Origin: Octopus sinensis
Lineage: Eukaryota
Length of the DNA stretch: 64,000 bases
Direction: 5' to 3'
NCBI RefSeq assembly: GCF_006345805.1
Contig: NC_043010.1
Span: 20,150,001-20,214,000, forward strand
The notes below the pieces were generated by a model. That model was not told the origin of the DNA, ran no database searches, and saw only the letters and a program-made list of their open reading frames with translations. The translations under genes were made by a program, and so were the position numbers. Positions 12,620-26,010 of this stretch are shown here, piece after piece; position 1 is the stretch's first letter, and every line of letters starts with the position of its first letter.

Positions 12620-13063
12620 TACGGTTCTATATTTCAGAGATGAGGAATTATGTACATTATTTACATTTGACGGATATTTGTCCTCATCTTGTTTGTTGTT
12701 AACACAACGTTTCACCTGATGTACCCTCCAGCCTTCTTCAGGTGTCTTGGGGAAATTTTTAACCTGGGTTCTCATTCCTAAGGTATTTTTTGATGTTGTT
12801 ATTATTATTCAGATCACTGCCTGGAATCAAACTTGGAATCTTGGGGTTAGTAGCCTGCGCTCTTAACCACTACACCATATGCCGTGGGCTGCTAACCCCA
12901 AGATTCCAAGTTCGATTCCAAGCAGTGACCTGAATAATGATGATAATAATAATAACAACAACATTGACATTTACCTTAGGAATGAGAACCCAGGTTCGAA
13001 ATTGTGTTAACAACAAACAAGATGATGACAAACACCCGTCAAATATAAATAATGTAAATAATT
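12620..13063 (-). mobile_element. Fold-back element with a tRNA-like (Pol III) head and a hammerhead-bearing body, plus a partial inverted copy
   Basis: The minus strand from 12883 reads ggcatatggtgtagtggttaagagcgcaggctactaaccccaagattccaagtttgattccaggcagtgatc (A and B boxes, cloverleaf-like). The inverted copy 12884-13063 matches back to 12646 and lacks the HHR segment. Confidence 0.85.
12701..12746 (-). ncRNA. Minimal type I hammerhead ribozyme motif
   Basis: gacac CUGAAGA a ggcug-gagggtacat-caggu GAAAC GUU guguu. Stem I is gacac/guguu, stem III is the palindrome AACGUU, and stem II is partly mismatched. Confidence 0.72.
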
Positions 13064-13155
13064 AATTCAGTTAACACTTATTAAAATTACAATCTAATTA
13101 AATTGTGTAATTTAACATGATTTTCATTTTATTTTCAGGGAGACTGCCGCACAGT

Positions 13156-14175
13156 ATGAAAAGACTTCGAATATCTGTGAGGTCGCTCATAGTGTTTGTT
13201 TTGGTTGTGTTTGTTTTCTTTTTGTGGTTCACCGTTGACCCACATGTGACCCACAGCCATAAGCGCCTTAATGCATCAGCAGCTGAAGTTGACCTTCGTC
13301 TTATTGTAATCGTCTACGACAGAGCGGAATCTCTGAAGAAGTGTCTGGATTCTTTAAACCATGTGGATTATTTAAGTGACACCGTACACATCGATGTTTG
13401 GATCGACCGGTCGGTAAGTGGGGGAATAGATGATTTGACTTACGTAGCTGCTCAGAGTTTTATCTTTGACCATGGCACTTATGAAGTCCACGCTCACACC
13501 AAACATGTAGGTATATATGGTCAATGGATTGATACTTGGCATCCGAGGAAGGACTCGGAAGAAATTGCTGTCATCATTGAAGATGATGTCAATATGTCAC
13601 CATTTTTCTATCGGTATCTGAAAGCTGCACATAAAAAATATAAAAATTATGGCAGTATAAATGGATTTGCTCTTCAGGGTATAAGTATAAAGCATGGCGG
13701 TGGGACTGGATATTTAAGTGCTCCACATGGCAATTTAGTATTTCTTTATCCAATCCTTGGCACCTGGGCATTTTCTCCAAAAGTGAACAATTGGCGTGCT
13801 TTTGTAGAATGGTTTCACACTAACTCACCCAATCCGAAATTTATTCCAAGAGTGCCAAATATTTTACCAACAAAATGGTATCAAAGGGGTATGAATAGGG
13901 GTGGGAATATAAACCCCAAAGTATGGTCAATGTGGCACATTTATTATGCATATCTTAACAAAGAAGTGACGTTGTACAAAAACTCGCCAGACAAGAAATC
14001 ATTTTCAATCAATCGAAAGGAGAAAGGACTTCATTATGGCACCAGTGATAAATCCTTAGATCCTATAATTACCACATGGAATAATTCCTATATCAATTTT
14101 CCGGACAAACCTATTATTTTGAACATCAGAGGAAAAGTAGCACAAAATGTACAATTAGCATGGAAGCCCAATTAA
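13156..14175 (+). CDS. Type II membrane GT-A fold glycosyltransferase (GT2-like), 339 aa, CDS in a single exon
   Basis: Splice acceptor ttttattttcag ends at 13138 and the ATG is at 13156. Basic N-terminus plus TM segment (MKRLRISVRSLIVFVLVVFVFFLWF). GT-A start LIVIVYDRAESLKKCLDSL and DxD-type motif VIIEDD. Uninterrupted ORF to TAA. Confidence 0.88.
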   Translation: MKRLRISVRSLIVFVLVVFVFFLWFTVDPHVTHSHKRLNASAAEVDLRLIVIVYDRAESLKKCLDSLNHVDYLSDTVHIDVWIDRSVSGGIDDLTYVAAQSFIFDHGTYEVHAHTKHVGIYGQWIDTWHPRKDSEEIAVIIEDDVNMSPFFYRYLKAAHKKYKNYGSINGFALQGISIKHGGGTGYLSAPHGNLVFLYPILGTWAFSPKVNNWRAFVEWFHTNSPNPKFIPRVPNILPTKWYQRGMNRGGNINPKVWSMWHIYYAYLNKEVTLYKNSPDKKSFSINRKEKGLHYGTSDKSLDPIITTWNNSYINFPDKPIILNIRGKVAQNVQLAWKPN

Positions 14176-14642
14176 AGAGGTAGATAAAACAACACAAACA
14201 CATATTACTGGTATTTTTAAAGTTTAAAAATGGAAAAGAAAACAAGACAAAAACACAGAACAAACAAAATATAAACAAGAAACTGCTGTTCCAGGAATCC
14301 TGCGTACTCCAATATTTTCTTTTTTAAATTAACGAATATTTAAAATATTTTCAAAGTATGGATGAAGTGAGGACCCAAATATTGTTTCATAATTTTTGTG
14401 TGAAGAAGAAAGAATTCCATAACACTATCTTCATCTCTTTGAAAAATTACTTAATGGAAAAATTCTTTCAGTATATTTTTTCACTGTAGGAACAATCTAG
14501 ATGTTTCTGATTTTATTTTTTGATATTTTAACTGTTCACATTATGAAATTTTAATAATTTTTTTCTTCACTTTTTTTTTGTATGTGATATTTCTTTTGTT
14601 TTTGTTTTTGACAGTAAAGAAGGAAAGCTGTATGTGAGTGTG

Positions 14643-14674
<32 letters not shown>

Positions 14675-14700
14675 CATATATACATATATATACACATATG

Positions 14701-14754
<54 letters not shown>

Positions 14755-14756
14755 TA

Positions 14757-15419
14757 TAAGTTCAGCAAAATTTAGATTCAAATGAATATGGTACTTAAGT
14801 TAGATGCACCAGAATTTCGTATGGTGTTATCCATATAAATCCATGGGGTGATTATAATCAAAATAAGCAACAAGAATAACTTCAGTAATTTGGTACGATC
14901 ATTTCACGCTACATCATTTTATCAAATGTTGTAAATATTACAACAGTTTTAAAATGCTGAGCACTCATCAGCCATTAATAGAGGTTTTCCATTAATACAT
15001 AATTTTCATATCAAGTGATAACATTATAGAGAAGGTAGATATATAGACAAAGATGTGGATTTAAATTTTAAGAACATTTAAGGTAGTGGAGTTTATCAAC
15101 TGACAGAATAATATTCAGTTCAGAATAATATTCAACTGCTAAGTTCAAAGCAACTGAATATTATTCTGTCGGTTGATAAACTCCACTACCTTAAGTGTTC
15201 TTAAAATTTAAATCCACATCTTTGTCTATACATCTACCTTCTCTATAATGTTATCACTTGATATGAAAATTATGTATTAATGGAAAACCTCTATTAATGG
15301 CTGATGAGCGCTCAGCATTTTAAAACTGTTGTAATACTTACAACATTTAATAAAATGATGTAGTGCAAAACGATTGTACCAAATTACCGAAGTTATTCTT
15401 GTTGCTTATTTTGATTATA
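14757..15419. mobile_element. Fold-back element (268-bp inverted arms plus tail) between (TA)n tracts; probable non-autonomous Penelope-like derivative
   Basis: Arms 14853-15120 and 15152-15419 are highly similar reverse complements with a 31-bp spacer. A unique tail (14757-14852) extends one arm. Both arms carry an HHR motif. Confidence 0.88.
14891..14974 (-). ncRNA. Type I hammerhead ribozyme motif with extended stem II (mirror copy 15298-15381, + strand)
   Basis: ugg CUGAUGA gugcu...agcgu GAAA uGAUCG UA cca. The mirror copy reads ugg CUGAUGA gcgcu...agugc AAAAC GAUUG UA cca. The consensus stem III is the palindrome ACGAUCGU. Confidence 0.78.
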
Positions 15420-16196
15420 CATATATATATACACACACATACATATATATTTACATGTATATATGTGTATGTATGTAGATATAAAATAAATATATGAAAG
15501 AAAGGCATCCAACCACAGGGAACATGCCAAAACACATGTTGGAGCATGACATGGCCCTCTCACTTGTCTGTTCCTGTTGAACTGGCCAACCCATGACAGC
15601 ATGGACGATGGACATTAAATGATGATGATGATGGTATAGGCATATGTGTGTGTGTGTGTAATATATATATTATATATATATATATGTGTGTGTGTGTATG
15701 TGTGTATTTGTATACTGGAAGACAAACCAGGCCTTGCTCGGGATTAAGATAGTTTATTATTGTTTTACTTGTTTTGGTATTATAACCCGGTTTCATTCAG
15801 GTCTACGCAGGCCACATTTTAAAAGACGAAGAATGTTGCTCTGGAGACCATGTGTTTCAAATGAGCAAACTCAAAATTGCTATGCAAACTCGCCAACACT
15901 TTTAACATAGGTGTGTAAATTTTCAGCTCAATCTGACCACATATGCACACTTATATATATACATACGCATTAAATATATATGCACATATATACGCATTAT
16001 ATACATGCACACACACACACACACACAAATATATATATATATATTATATATATATATATATATATATGCATTATGTATACATATGTATACACATTATATA
16101 TATATACACACAAATATATATTCAAATATTGATATATACACTTTATATATATATACACACATTATATATATATAGAAGTTATATATACACACACAT

Positions 16197-16228
<32 letters not shown>

Positions 16229-16245
16229 ATTATATATATATATAT

Positions 16246-16287
<42 letters not shown>

Positions 16288-16847
16288 CACACACACACAC
16301 ACACACACATATATAAATTAACATAAGAAATATCTGATTAATAATATCTGTTATTATTGTGTGGTGGTGGTGGTGGTGGTGGGCGATAATAATTCACCAT
16401 TGTAAAAGCCCTGTAGCGGGAATATTTAAACTTTAAGAGAGTGAAATATATTTCCGACACAATATAATTATACTATTTTATTCCTCTCCATTAATCACGC
16501 TTGCGGCTGTCAACACATTCTCTTTATAGATACAGAAAGACGTACAGAGAGAGAGAGAGAGAGGCTGGGGAGAAAGAACAACGAATAGACAGTGAATTCG
16601 GAGAGGGAAAGAGAGTGAGTAGAAGCTGTCAAAAGCCGTTATAGAGATAAATAGGAGGGAAGGGGGAAAGAGAGAGATGGAAGAAGAAAGGGTGATAACC
16701 GTAAGTGAGAAACAACAAACACTTGTCAAAGTTCGTTTAAAGACTAATTTTCACTCTTTTTGCCATAGCAACCACATCTTTATAGCTTGCGAATTTTAAC
16801 CATCGCGGGTCTCAGCCTCACCACGCATTTAGTTATTTGTGTTTCCT

Positions 16848-17398
16848 TGGAGGTGACTCCATTGGCCACCACTGCCTACCTTCTATCTTTTAGGAAGTTG
16901 TGCAACCTCTCTCCAAGTTTTCCGCCTATGCCGAGATCACGCAGTTTGTCACAGATCATACCATGGTCAACTTTATCAAAGGCTTTTGCAAAGTCGAGAT
17001 ATATCACATCTACACTTGAGCCATTTAGTAGCTGTTTTAACGCCCAGTCATAATGTTGCAGGAGCTGTGTTAAACAGCTTCTACCTGGTCGAAATCCATG
17101 CTGGATGTCAGTCAGAAAGTCATTTTCTTCAAGGAACATGATTAGTTTCTTGCAGCCTATTCGTTCCATGACTTTGCTGATGTGTGAGGTCAGAGAGATA
17201 GGCCTATAATTTTTAGCACCTGCTCTGCTTCCTCCCTTATGAATAGGGCATATTATCCCTTCTTTCAATTTGACTGGGAGCTTACCACTTGCAAGAAAGC
17301 TCTGAAAAAGAAGCTGTAGCAGTTTTGTAAGGGCTCATTTGCACGATTTGAGAAGGGTTGCTGGAAATCCATCAGGTCCAGCAGCTGAGTTTGTGTCA
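16848..17398 (-). mobile_element. RT fragment of the same or a related LINE family as 2780-5761
   Basis: KEGIICPIHKGGSRAGAKNYRPISLTSHISKVMER...YLDFAKAFDKVDH. Retains the NSAAGPDGFP motif that is deleted in the 2780-5761 copy. Confidence 0.92.
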
Positions 17399-17665
17399 GT
17401 GTCAATGTATATATATATTATATATTCTGTTATTATTTTAATTGTTTCACTCATTTGACTGTGGCCATGCTGGAGCTCTGCTTTAAAGGGTTTTAATCGA
17501 AGAAATTGACCCCAGGACTTATTCTTTATATATATATATATATGTAAAAATTATATATATATATATATATATGCAAAAATTATATATATATATAATGTAC
17601 TGTTCTGTGTTAGAAAATTCAACAAAAAAGCTACTCCATCGGGTGAGAGATAAATATTATGTATT

Positions 17666-17828
17666 TAAAGGATTCAATATATGTCTTTAAATGCTATTAA
17701 TAGTTTCATGTGTTGATAAATATCTTAAACATATTCTTATTCTTCAAGCACAAACCACATATCCTGAAGAATATTTCTCAACATATGAAACTATTAGTAG
17801 CACGTGAAGACATGTATTGTGTCCTTTA
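17666..17828. repeat. Degenerate fold-back insert containing a hammerhead motif (17764-17803, +)
   Basis: The arms taaaggattcaatatatgtc...gtttcatgtgttgataaatat and atatttctcaacatatgaaac...gacatgtattgtgtccttta are inverted. Core: CUGAAGA auau...auau GAAAC UA-u-UA GUA gcac. The stem I partner gugc survives only on the other arm. Confidence 0.6.
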
Positions 17829-18418
17829 GACAAATAATGATTTTTTATATATAATTCCTCTTTGTCTTTTCCTCACTCCCTCTCTCACATATCTTGGCCC
17901 TCTCTTTCTTTAATTCCCACTTCCCCCCTCATTTATCTCCCCTGTAACATTCCTTTTGTCTCTTTATTTTTCTAATCCTTCAATCCTGCTGCCCCCCCCT
18001 CTCCTTCTTCCATGTGACCAGTGTCTGGCCAGCCATCATCTGTCTTTCTTGGCCTGACTGCCGACAGCCAACATCTCTTATGTCCATCTGCTGCATTCCT
18101 GTCTTAAGGTTTTCACTTCATACATGCCAGCCCAATTTGATTCTAATGCTCTTAGCTTAGACTTTGGGGGGGGGGGGGCAACAAGATCAAACTGTCTCAA
18201 GTGTAACTGCTCAAAACAATAAGGACTTCTGGTAACTTGACCGAAGAAAGAAGACCACAAATGACCTATCTTTTTCTACCTGTCCTTCTAATTGTTGTTT
18301 CTCCTGTCTGCCTTTGTATCATCTATCTGTCCAAATGGTTTTTGTCCTCTATTTTTGTTCCATTTTTTATATTTATATATATACATACATATGTCTAAAT
18401 GTGTGTGTCTCTCTCTCT

Positions 18419-18456
<38 letters not shown>

Positions 18457-19694
18457 TTGGAAATGGATGCATGGCATTCAGTCATATAATAAAATAGATA
18501 AAATATATATATAGGCATATATACATACATCAGTTGTTGGCTGTTTATCTACTCCACATTTCGAGCAATTCATGACAATATGAGGCTTCGAGGAAACCGT
18601 TGCTCCTGTAAGCCAAAGTAGAATCTGGGATTTTGCGGAGAGTCAAAGCTGGTAAGAAAAATAGGACAATGAAACAAATAGTGAGGGCTGCTAAGCCAGA
18701 TGAGATAAGGTGATAAATGCTGAGCAACATTCTTTGTATATATATTATATAAATATATATATATATGTATATACACAAACATGTCCTATATATATATATA
18801 CACACACACTCACACTCACACATACACACGCATACAAACATATACATCATGATCATCATCATCATCATTTAACGTCCGTTTTCCATGCTAGCATGGGTTG
18901 GACTGTTTGACCAGGGTCTGGTAAGCCATGGAGCCTGCACCAGGCTCCATACATGTTTATATATGTGATTTCTTTTCACTACAAGCAAGATTATGTGATG
19001 TTTGTTTCCCAGCTGATTCTCATATTGCTCATACCATCAAATTGGAATCCAGCCTAGTTCTGACAGAAGTCTTCTTCCTGTGCAGCACATTCGCTCTCTC
19101 CAGTACAGTTTGTATTTGTGGTGTGTAGTTGTGATTAACGGTGTGATGGCAAAGCATTTATAATAAAAACAATTTTGCATTAATTTGATAGGTTACTCTG
19201 TACTTCTATAGAGTCCAAATTTATTATTCTTAAACTTTGACAGTGACTTCGAAGTTTTGGTTAGCTAAGCCATTGTCAGACTTTCAATAATATTCTTTTT
19301 TTTTTTAAGAATATAAATACATACATAGATATACACACACACAACACACACACACACACACGTGTATATATATATATATATATATGTATGCCCATATGCA
19401 TGGACTTAAGAATACGTGCAATGTATGTGTGGACCTAACATGTGTATACATGTGTGACTGCTATGACAACAAGATGGCTCTTCTAAATATCTGGCTACTT
19501 GTCTCTGTTATCATATTTTCAATTGATCTTTATCGATCAACACTCTGCGCACAGCTGGGGTAACAAGCTTTTAACTGCTTTATGTAAATACATACATACA
19601 TATGTGAATATATGTATATACATTTGTATGTATATAAATGTATGTAAATATATATATGTATGTATATTTGTATATCTCTCTATATATATACGTG

Positions 19695-19725
<31 letters not shown>

Positions 19726-19802
19726 ACACACGTACACATAAATATTTATATAGATACATATATATATGTTATACTTGGAGGTACATAAAATGTATATGTA
19801 TG

Positions 19803-19838
<36 letters not shown>

Positions 19839-19849
19839 ATATATATTAT

Positions 19850-19903
<54 letters not shown>

Positions 19904-21773
19904 AATATATATATATACATATTATAGATGTGTATATATGTGTGTGTGTTTGTATGTATGTATATGTATATATGTAGTCATATGTGCTTGAAGCAGGCAG
20001 TTTTTGGCAAAAGGAAAAGTGCCTGGGTGTCAGATATCAGCTTCAACTGATTCTGTCTGATCCAAACAAATGTGGAAAAGTTGGTGTTAAAGAAGTGACG
20101 ATGATGATTTTCTTTGACCGTTGGTTTGCTGGATATGGTTTGACCCGGTGATAAATAACAGGAATAACAGCTCTGTCACATAGTAGAATTGGCAGTTATT
20201 TACAGACTTGCTTAAAGATTTGATGCAGAATTTGGATTGATCTAATGAATGTTTTGTTGATGAAGTATTCAGTGGTGAATTTATATTTACACCTTCCATT
20301 AAAGAGAAGTTGAAACAAACGTTGATATCTTTAAATATCTGTTTCTTTTGAAGGAACAAAATTATGATCATGCCTGCTACCATCACAGAATGCTTGCATG
20401 GGTCAGACAGATTTTGTTGAGACAGATTTTCTACAGCTTGATGCCCTTCCTATTGCTAACCTTCACCTGTATCCAAGTATGGCATAATTTCCTCTTACTT
20501 CCAAGCATGAACAATCCAATTGCTGATATATAAAGAAAAGCTAGTAAATTGAGTTTAAAACAGAAGATCAATTAAACAAATGTTTGATCCATTTGTTATT
20601 TTGAAATTTTTTCCATAGGTTTCAAGCATTTTAAAAAACAAACAAAAAAATGGTGGTTAATGCAATTTCACACTTCTTGAAAAGTACATTTTTAAAAAAA
20701 AATATTTTTGTATTCCTACATTTTAGATGTCGGAGATTTTTTCAAAAAAATGCATTTTTTTGAAAAAGTTTTTGTATTCCTATGTTTTTGATGTCAGAGA
20801 TTTTTAAAAAAATGTATTTTTTCAAGGAGAGGTGCAAAACTGCATTAGCCCCCCTCCCAAATGTCACTCCCTTCATCATGTCACAGAGAATCTAATTCCA
20901 TCTTGCATGAGTTGCTGTCAATGATGGAGAAATACTTTTGGTCGTTCAATTGATTATCGTTGTTTTGTGATAACTGCTGATGAAAGTTCTGATTATCAAT
21001 CACATGTTTTATCATATATTGATTTAATTTGGGAAAAACCTCAAAAAATTATATTGAAAGAACATATTGTATTAATAATGTGACACATTACACATTGCAT
21101 CTCGGAATTTTTCCACTAACCTGCTTTGCTATCTTCTTTCAAAATATTTGTTAAATATTTACCTTATTCTGTCCATTATAACATTCTTTTTATTACACAA
21201 TCCATCTTAATGTCAACTGACATTTCATCAACCAGTTTTACATTTTTTATTTTACCTCTTTCTTAAAATCTGCTTTTCAAGCTTCTTTCTTCTATTTTCA
21301 TTTTATTTATACCCATCTTTACTAGAAGTTAACATGCCTTATTTTGTTTTAGTTATATAATTTCCACAGAGTATGTATGCATACATATATGTACATACTC
21401 AGATGTATGTATGTATGTATGTATTTAACATCATTTAACATCTATGTTCTATGGTGTTAGAAAGGGCATCTGGCCATAGAAACCATTCCAAAGCAGACAG
21501 TGGAACTTGGTGCAGCCTTCTGGCTTACCAGCTCCTGGCAAACCGTCCAACCCATGCCAGCATGGAAAACGGATGTTAAATGATGATTATGATATATGCT
21601 GATGATGATGCACATGTGTGTGTATATATGCATGTATGTATTGTATATATATGCTTATATCTGTCTGTATATATACATACATATATTTTTCGTTCTCTCT
21701 CTTTCTCTCTCTACACATATATATATATATATATGTATGTGTGTGTTTATATATATATATATATATGTATGTA

Positions 21774-21816
<43 letters not shown>

Positions 21817-21849
21817 ATATTTATATATATATGTATGTATGTGTGTGTA

Positions 21850-21898
<49 letters not shown>

Positions 21899-24800
21899 AT
21901 TATGTTCCATTACCTTTAAGCCTGAATTTTGATGATATTCAAGTATTTATTTTTGGGACACTTGGGCCAAAGTAAAAAATAACATTAAACCTGGTTTACC
22001 AACTGCATGTCTTTCTTTCTTTATTAACCAATCATCTCATAAAATTCAGTATTTTTCTTTGTTTTTTTTTGTGTAATATTTATATGATTACTCTTGAAGT
22101 GTTGACAGTTTTGGGCAATTCCGTACAATGGGTAAAAGATTTTCTGGAAGGGAGGCTCAGGAACAGTTTCTTGCTTCCATCATAATATTCACAAATACCC
22201 TTGAAATCCTTACTGCAAGTTAATGAATTACTCCAATGTTCTTTGATTATTGTGTTCTATGCTTGCTCTGTTTGTGGTGCTTCCTGTTATTACTTTAAGG
22301 TTGGTATAGATAGAACCTTTGTGGATGAAGTGTCTTGACCAAGGACAACTGTCTGTCAGATTTACCTATAAGCTTGACAGGCTGAAACCTCTGGCCTGAG
22401 ATGCATAATATCCCTCACACTGTCATGGACCTTCTGGGAGGGTCTCAGAAATGGATTAGCCCAGCACCTTTCTTCATCTACATCTAGCATTAAGTGTGGA
22501 CAGTGCCAGTGATGAGACATGACCCATTTCCTGTTTAGCTGGAATTATTTTGGTCATCGTGTTGCTGTTTTGTCTATTGATTAGCAGCTAATCACGTACT
22601 TCAGACTATGGTGAATGTCTCATTTTGTCCTTTCAAAGCAGTTATGACAAATATTAAAACGAAATTAAAAATGGAGATAAGGTGGCAACATCTTGTAGTT
22701 TGCTTCAAGTTTGTATTTCTTATCAAAATATGAAACATATCCGTTTTGCTATAAAAGTTGGCAGTTGAGTGATAATAAAAATATATCGTAAGTTGTTAAA
22801 AATGTTTAAAATATTCTACAGATCAGCATGTGATTTATTTATTCTATTCTGAATAGGCTCTGGTATATAAAAACAAAATAAACAATTACATGGATATAGG
22901 AGGCACTCTGTCCTTAACAGGTTGTTTACTGCACAATCAATATGGTCATCCATAGTTTCTGTGTCAACTATTCTATTGATCAGAATTGATTTGTCTCTTC
23001 CTGTATTGTGTCACTGCTTGACTTCAATGACAAGTCATATATTTTTATATGCATTTTCCTTTTAAAGAGTTGTTTAGTGGTGTTTGTGTGTGTGTGTTTC
23101 ACTTGGTATTTCATTATAATCTAGGATGCAGTAGTATAACGAGGTATAAGATTAATATCTCTCTTTCTCTTTTACTTGTTTCAATGATTTGACTGTGGTC
23201 ATGCTGGAGCACCACCTTTCGTCGATCAAATTGACCTCAGAACTTATTCTTTGTAAGCCTAGTACTTATTCTATCGGTTTCTTTTGCCGAACCACTAAGT
23301 TACGGGGACATAAACACACTAGCATCGGTTGTCAAGCGATGTTGGGGGGACAAACACAGACACAAACATACACACACATACATACATAAATATACATATA
23401 TACGATGGGCTTCTTTCAGTTTCCATCTATCAAATCCACTCACAAGGCTTTGGTCGGCCCGAGGCTATAGTAGAAGATACTTACCCAAGGTGCCATGCAG
23501 TGGGACGGAACCCAGAACCATGTGGCTGGTAAGCAAGCTACTTACCACACAGCCACTCCTACGCCTATATAGAATTGTTTTTTTCTTTTCTTCCACAAAG
23601 ATGACACATAATGATCAACCTGTTACTGTTTACTTCAGGCTTTATTGAGTTTGATTGAAGGGCAGTTTGTTCAGTGATACTGAACAAGTACAGGCATGGC
23701 TGTGTGGTAAGATGTTTGCTTCCCAACCACATGGTTCCAGGTTCAGTTCTATTGCGGGGCACCTTGGACAAATGTCTTCTACTATTATCTCAGGTTGACC
23801 AAAGCCAGTGGATTTTGTAGGCAAAACCTGAAAGAAGCCCATCATCATCATCATCATTGTTTAACGTCCACTTTCCATGCTAGCATGGGTTGGACGGTTC
23901 GACTGGGGTCTGGGAAGTCAGGAGGCTGCACCAGGCTCCAATCTGATCTGGCAGTGTTTCTACAGCTGGATGCCCTTCCTAACGCCAACCACTCCGAGAG
24001 TGTAGTGGGTGCTTTTTATGTGCCAGGCGAGGCTGGCAATGGCCACGATCGGTTGGTGCTTTTTATGTGCCACCGGCACGGAGGCCAGTCGAGGCGGCGC
24101 TGGCAACGGCCACATTCGGATGGTTCTTTTATGTGCCACCGGCACTGGTATCACGATTACAATTTCCATTGTGTTTTGATGTGCGTATGCTTGTGTGAAT
24201 GTGTATGTAATTTGCCACTGCTTGGCAACGGGTGTTGGTATGTTTACGTCCCCATGACTTAGTGGTTTGGCAAGAGAGACTGATAGAATAAGCACCAAGC
24301 TTAAAAAAGAGAACAAAAAGAAGTTCTGGGGTCAATTCATTCAGCTAAAAATTCTTGAAGGTGGTGCCCCAGTATGGCCACCACCTAATGACTGAAACAA
24401 AACATGAAAGATTATTATCCTTTGTATGAAATTTGCTGATATTTCGCTTACATTCTTCTATACTTTTACTTGTTTCAATCATTTGACTGTGGCCATGCTG
24501 GAGCACCACCTTTAGTCGAAGAAATCGATCCCAGGACTTATTCTTTGTGAGCCTAGTACTTATTCTATTGGTCTGTTTTGACAAACCACTAATTTACAGG
24601 GATGTAAATGCACCAACATCGGTGTGTGTGGGGACAAACACATACACACAAGCACACACACACACACACACATATGTGTGTGTGTGTGTGATGGTTTCGT
24701 TCAGTTTTTGTCTACCAGATCCACTCACAAGGCTTTGGTCAGCCCGAGGCTATAGTAGAAGACACTTGCCCAAGGTGCCATGCAATGGGACTGAACCTGG

Positions 24801-25719
24801 AACCATGTGGTTGGGAAGTAAGCTTCTTACCACACAGCCATATCATTTCATAGAACAAAAGAAAAAAAAAAGAAATAAAAAAAATTTAAACTAGTGATGA
24901 TCCTGAAGCGGGATTTGAGAATAGATTTTTAACTTTTGCTTTTTTCAGTCTTTGAACTGTGGCCATGCTGGAGCACTGCCTTGAACAGTTTTTATTTGAA
25001 TGAATCAGCTCCTGTACTCATTTTTTACAGTCAAATGAAATGCCCCCACTCCCAAGTAGTTGTTTGCTGAAGCCTGATACTTACTCTGTTGGTCTCTTTT
25101 ATTAAACTACTTATAAGGCTGCAAACAAACCAATGCTGGCTCTCAAGTGGTGATGGGGGACAAACACAAAGACATAGGCACACACACACACATGTATGTA
25201 TGATGGGCATCTTTCAGTTTTTGTCTATGAAACCCATTCACAAGGCTTTGGCTGGTCTGGGGCTAGAGTAGAAACCACTTGCCCAATGCAAGAGAAAACT
25301 ATAAAAAATCCATCACTTGGTTCTGTTGTTATGTTATTGGAGGTGAGAAGAAGGGGTTTAGAAAACTGAAGGATAAATTTTGGAGGTGTACTTGCTAGGT
25401 CAGTGATTAAATCCAAAACTGTGTTGAAAGTAAAACAATTTCAGCATGGAAGATGCATCTGGGTCATACAAAAACTGTTCACTTCACTTAAACATTTATT
25501 GTTTGAGATCAAAATTTTAGTTGCAATCTGATCATTGCTGTAATTCCACTGCACCTAGTTTGTGAGGTTGCTGGCTGATATATATATATAAGTACAAAGT
25601 GAGATAGGGGTTATGAGTGTAACCCACTATAATTTAATTAATTAGTTAATAAATTATATAAATTGGTATTATCTGGAAGTTGATGATTGAAAGGAATCTA
25701 TTCCTCCATTTTCTTATTT

Positions 25720-25770
<51 letters not shown>

Positions 25771-25781
25771 TATATATATAT

Positions 25782-26010
25782 AATTATAAATTACGGTATC
25801 TACGAGATACCACCATGCTGAAAATAGCAGCCATGATCTGACTCTAAAACCACCAGGATCTAGAATTATCCCGTAATTTTTTACTAGTTTTATCTTGTCT
25901 CTTTGTTTTCTCTCCGTGTTGATATTTGGACAACTTAGGTGGTTTTAGAGTCAGATCATGGCTGCTATTTTCAGCATGGTGGTATCTCGTAGATACCCTA
26001 ATTTATAATT
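25782..26010. repeat. Fold-back insert: 73-bp arms (1 mismatch), 83-bp spacer and ~95-bp tail, within (TA)n
   Basis: 25782-25854 is the reverse complement of 25938-26010. The tail runs to ~26105. Confidence 0.9.

Noticed and set aside
12810-12883. Functional tRNA gene (also at 6365, 27170, 52450 and the SINE A heads)
   Set aside because: The stems are imperfect, and the sequences continue into repeat bodies rather than a Pol III terminator. They are treated as SINE heads.
13117-13155. ORF-track start MIFILFSG for the glycosyltransferase
   Set aside because: It overlaps the polypyrimidine tract and AG acceptor (13137-13138). The ATG at 13156 gives a proper type II membrane N-terminus.
16412-16775. 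Possible solo LTR (TG...CA)
   Set aside because: No TSD and no second copy in the window.
18553-18612. Possible further HHR on the - strand (gagcaa...ttgctc GAAAUGU)
   Set aside because: Stem II and GAAA are present but the CUGANGA box is unrecognisable. Too decayed to call.
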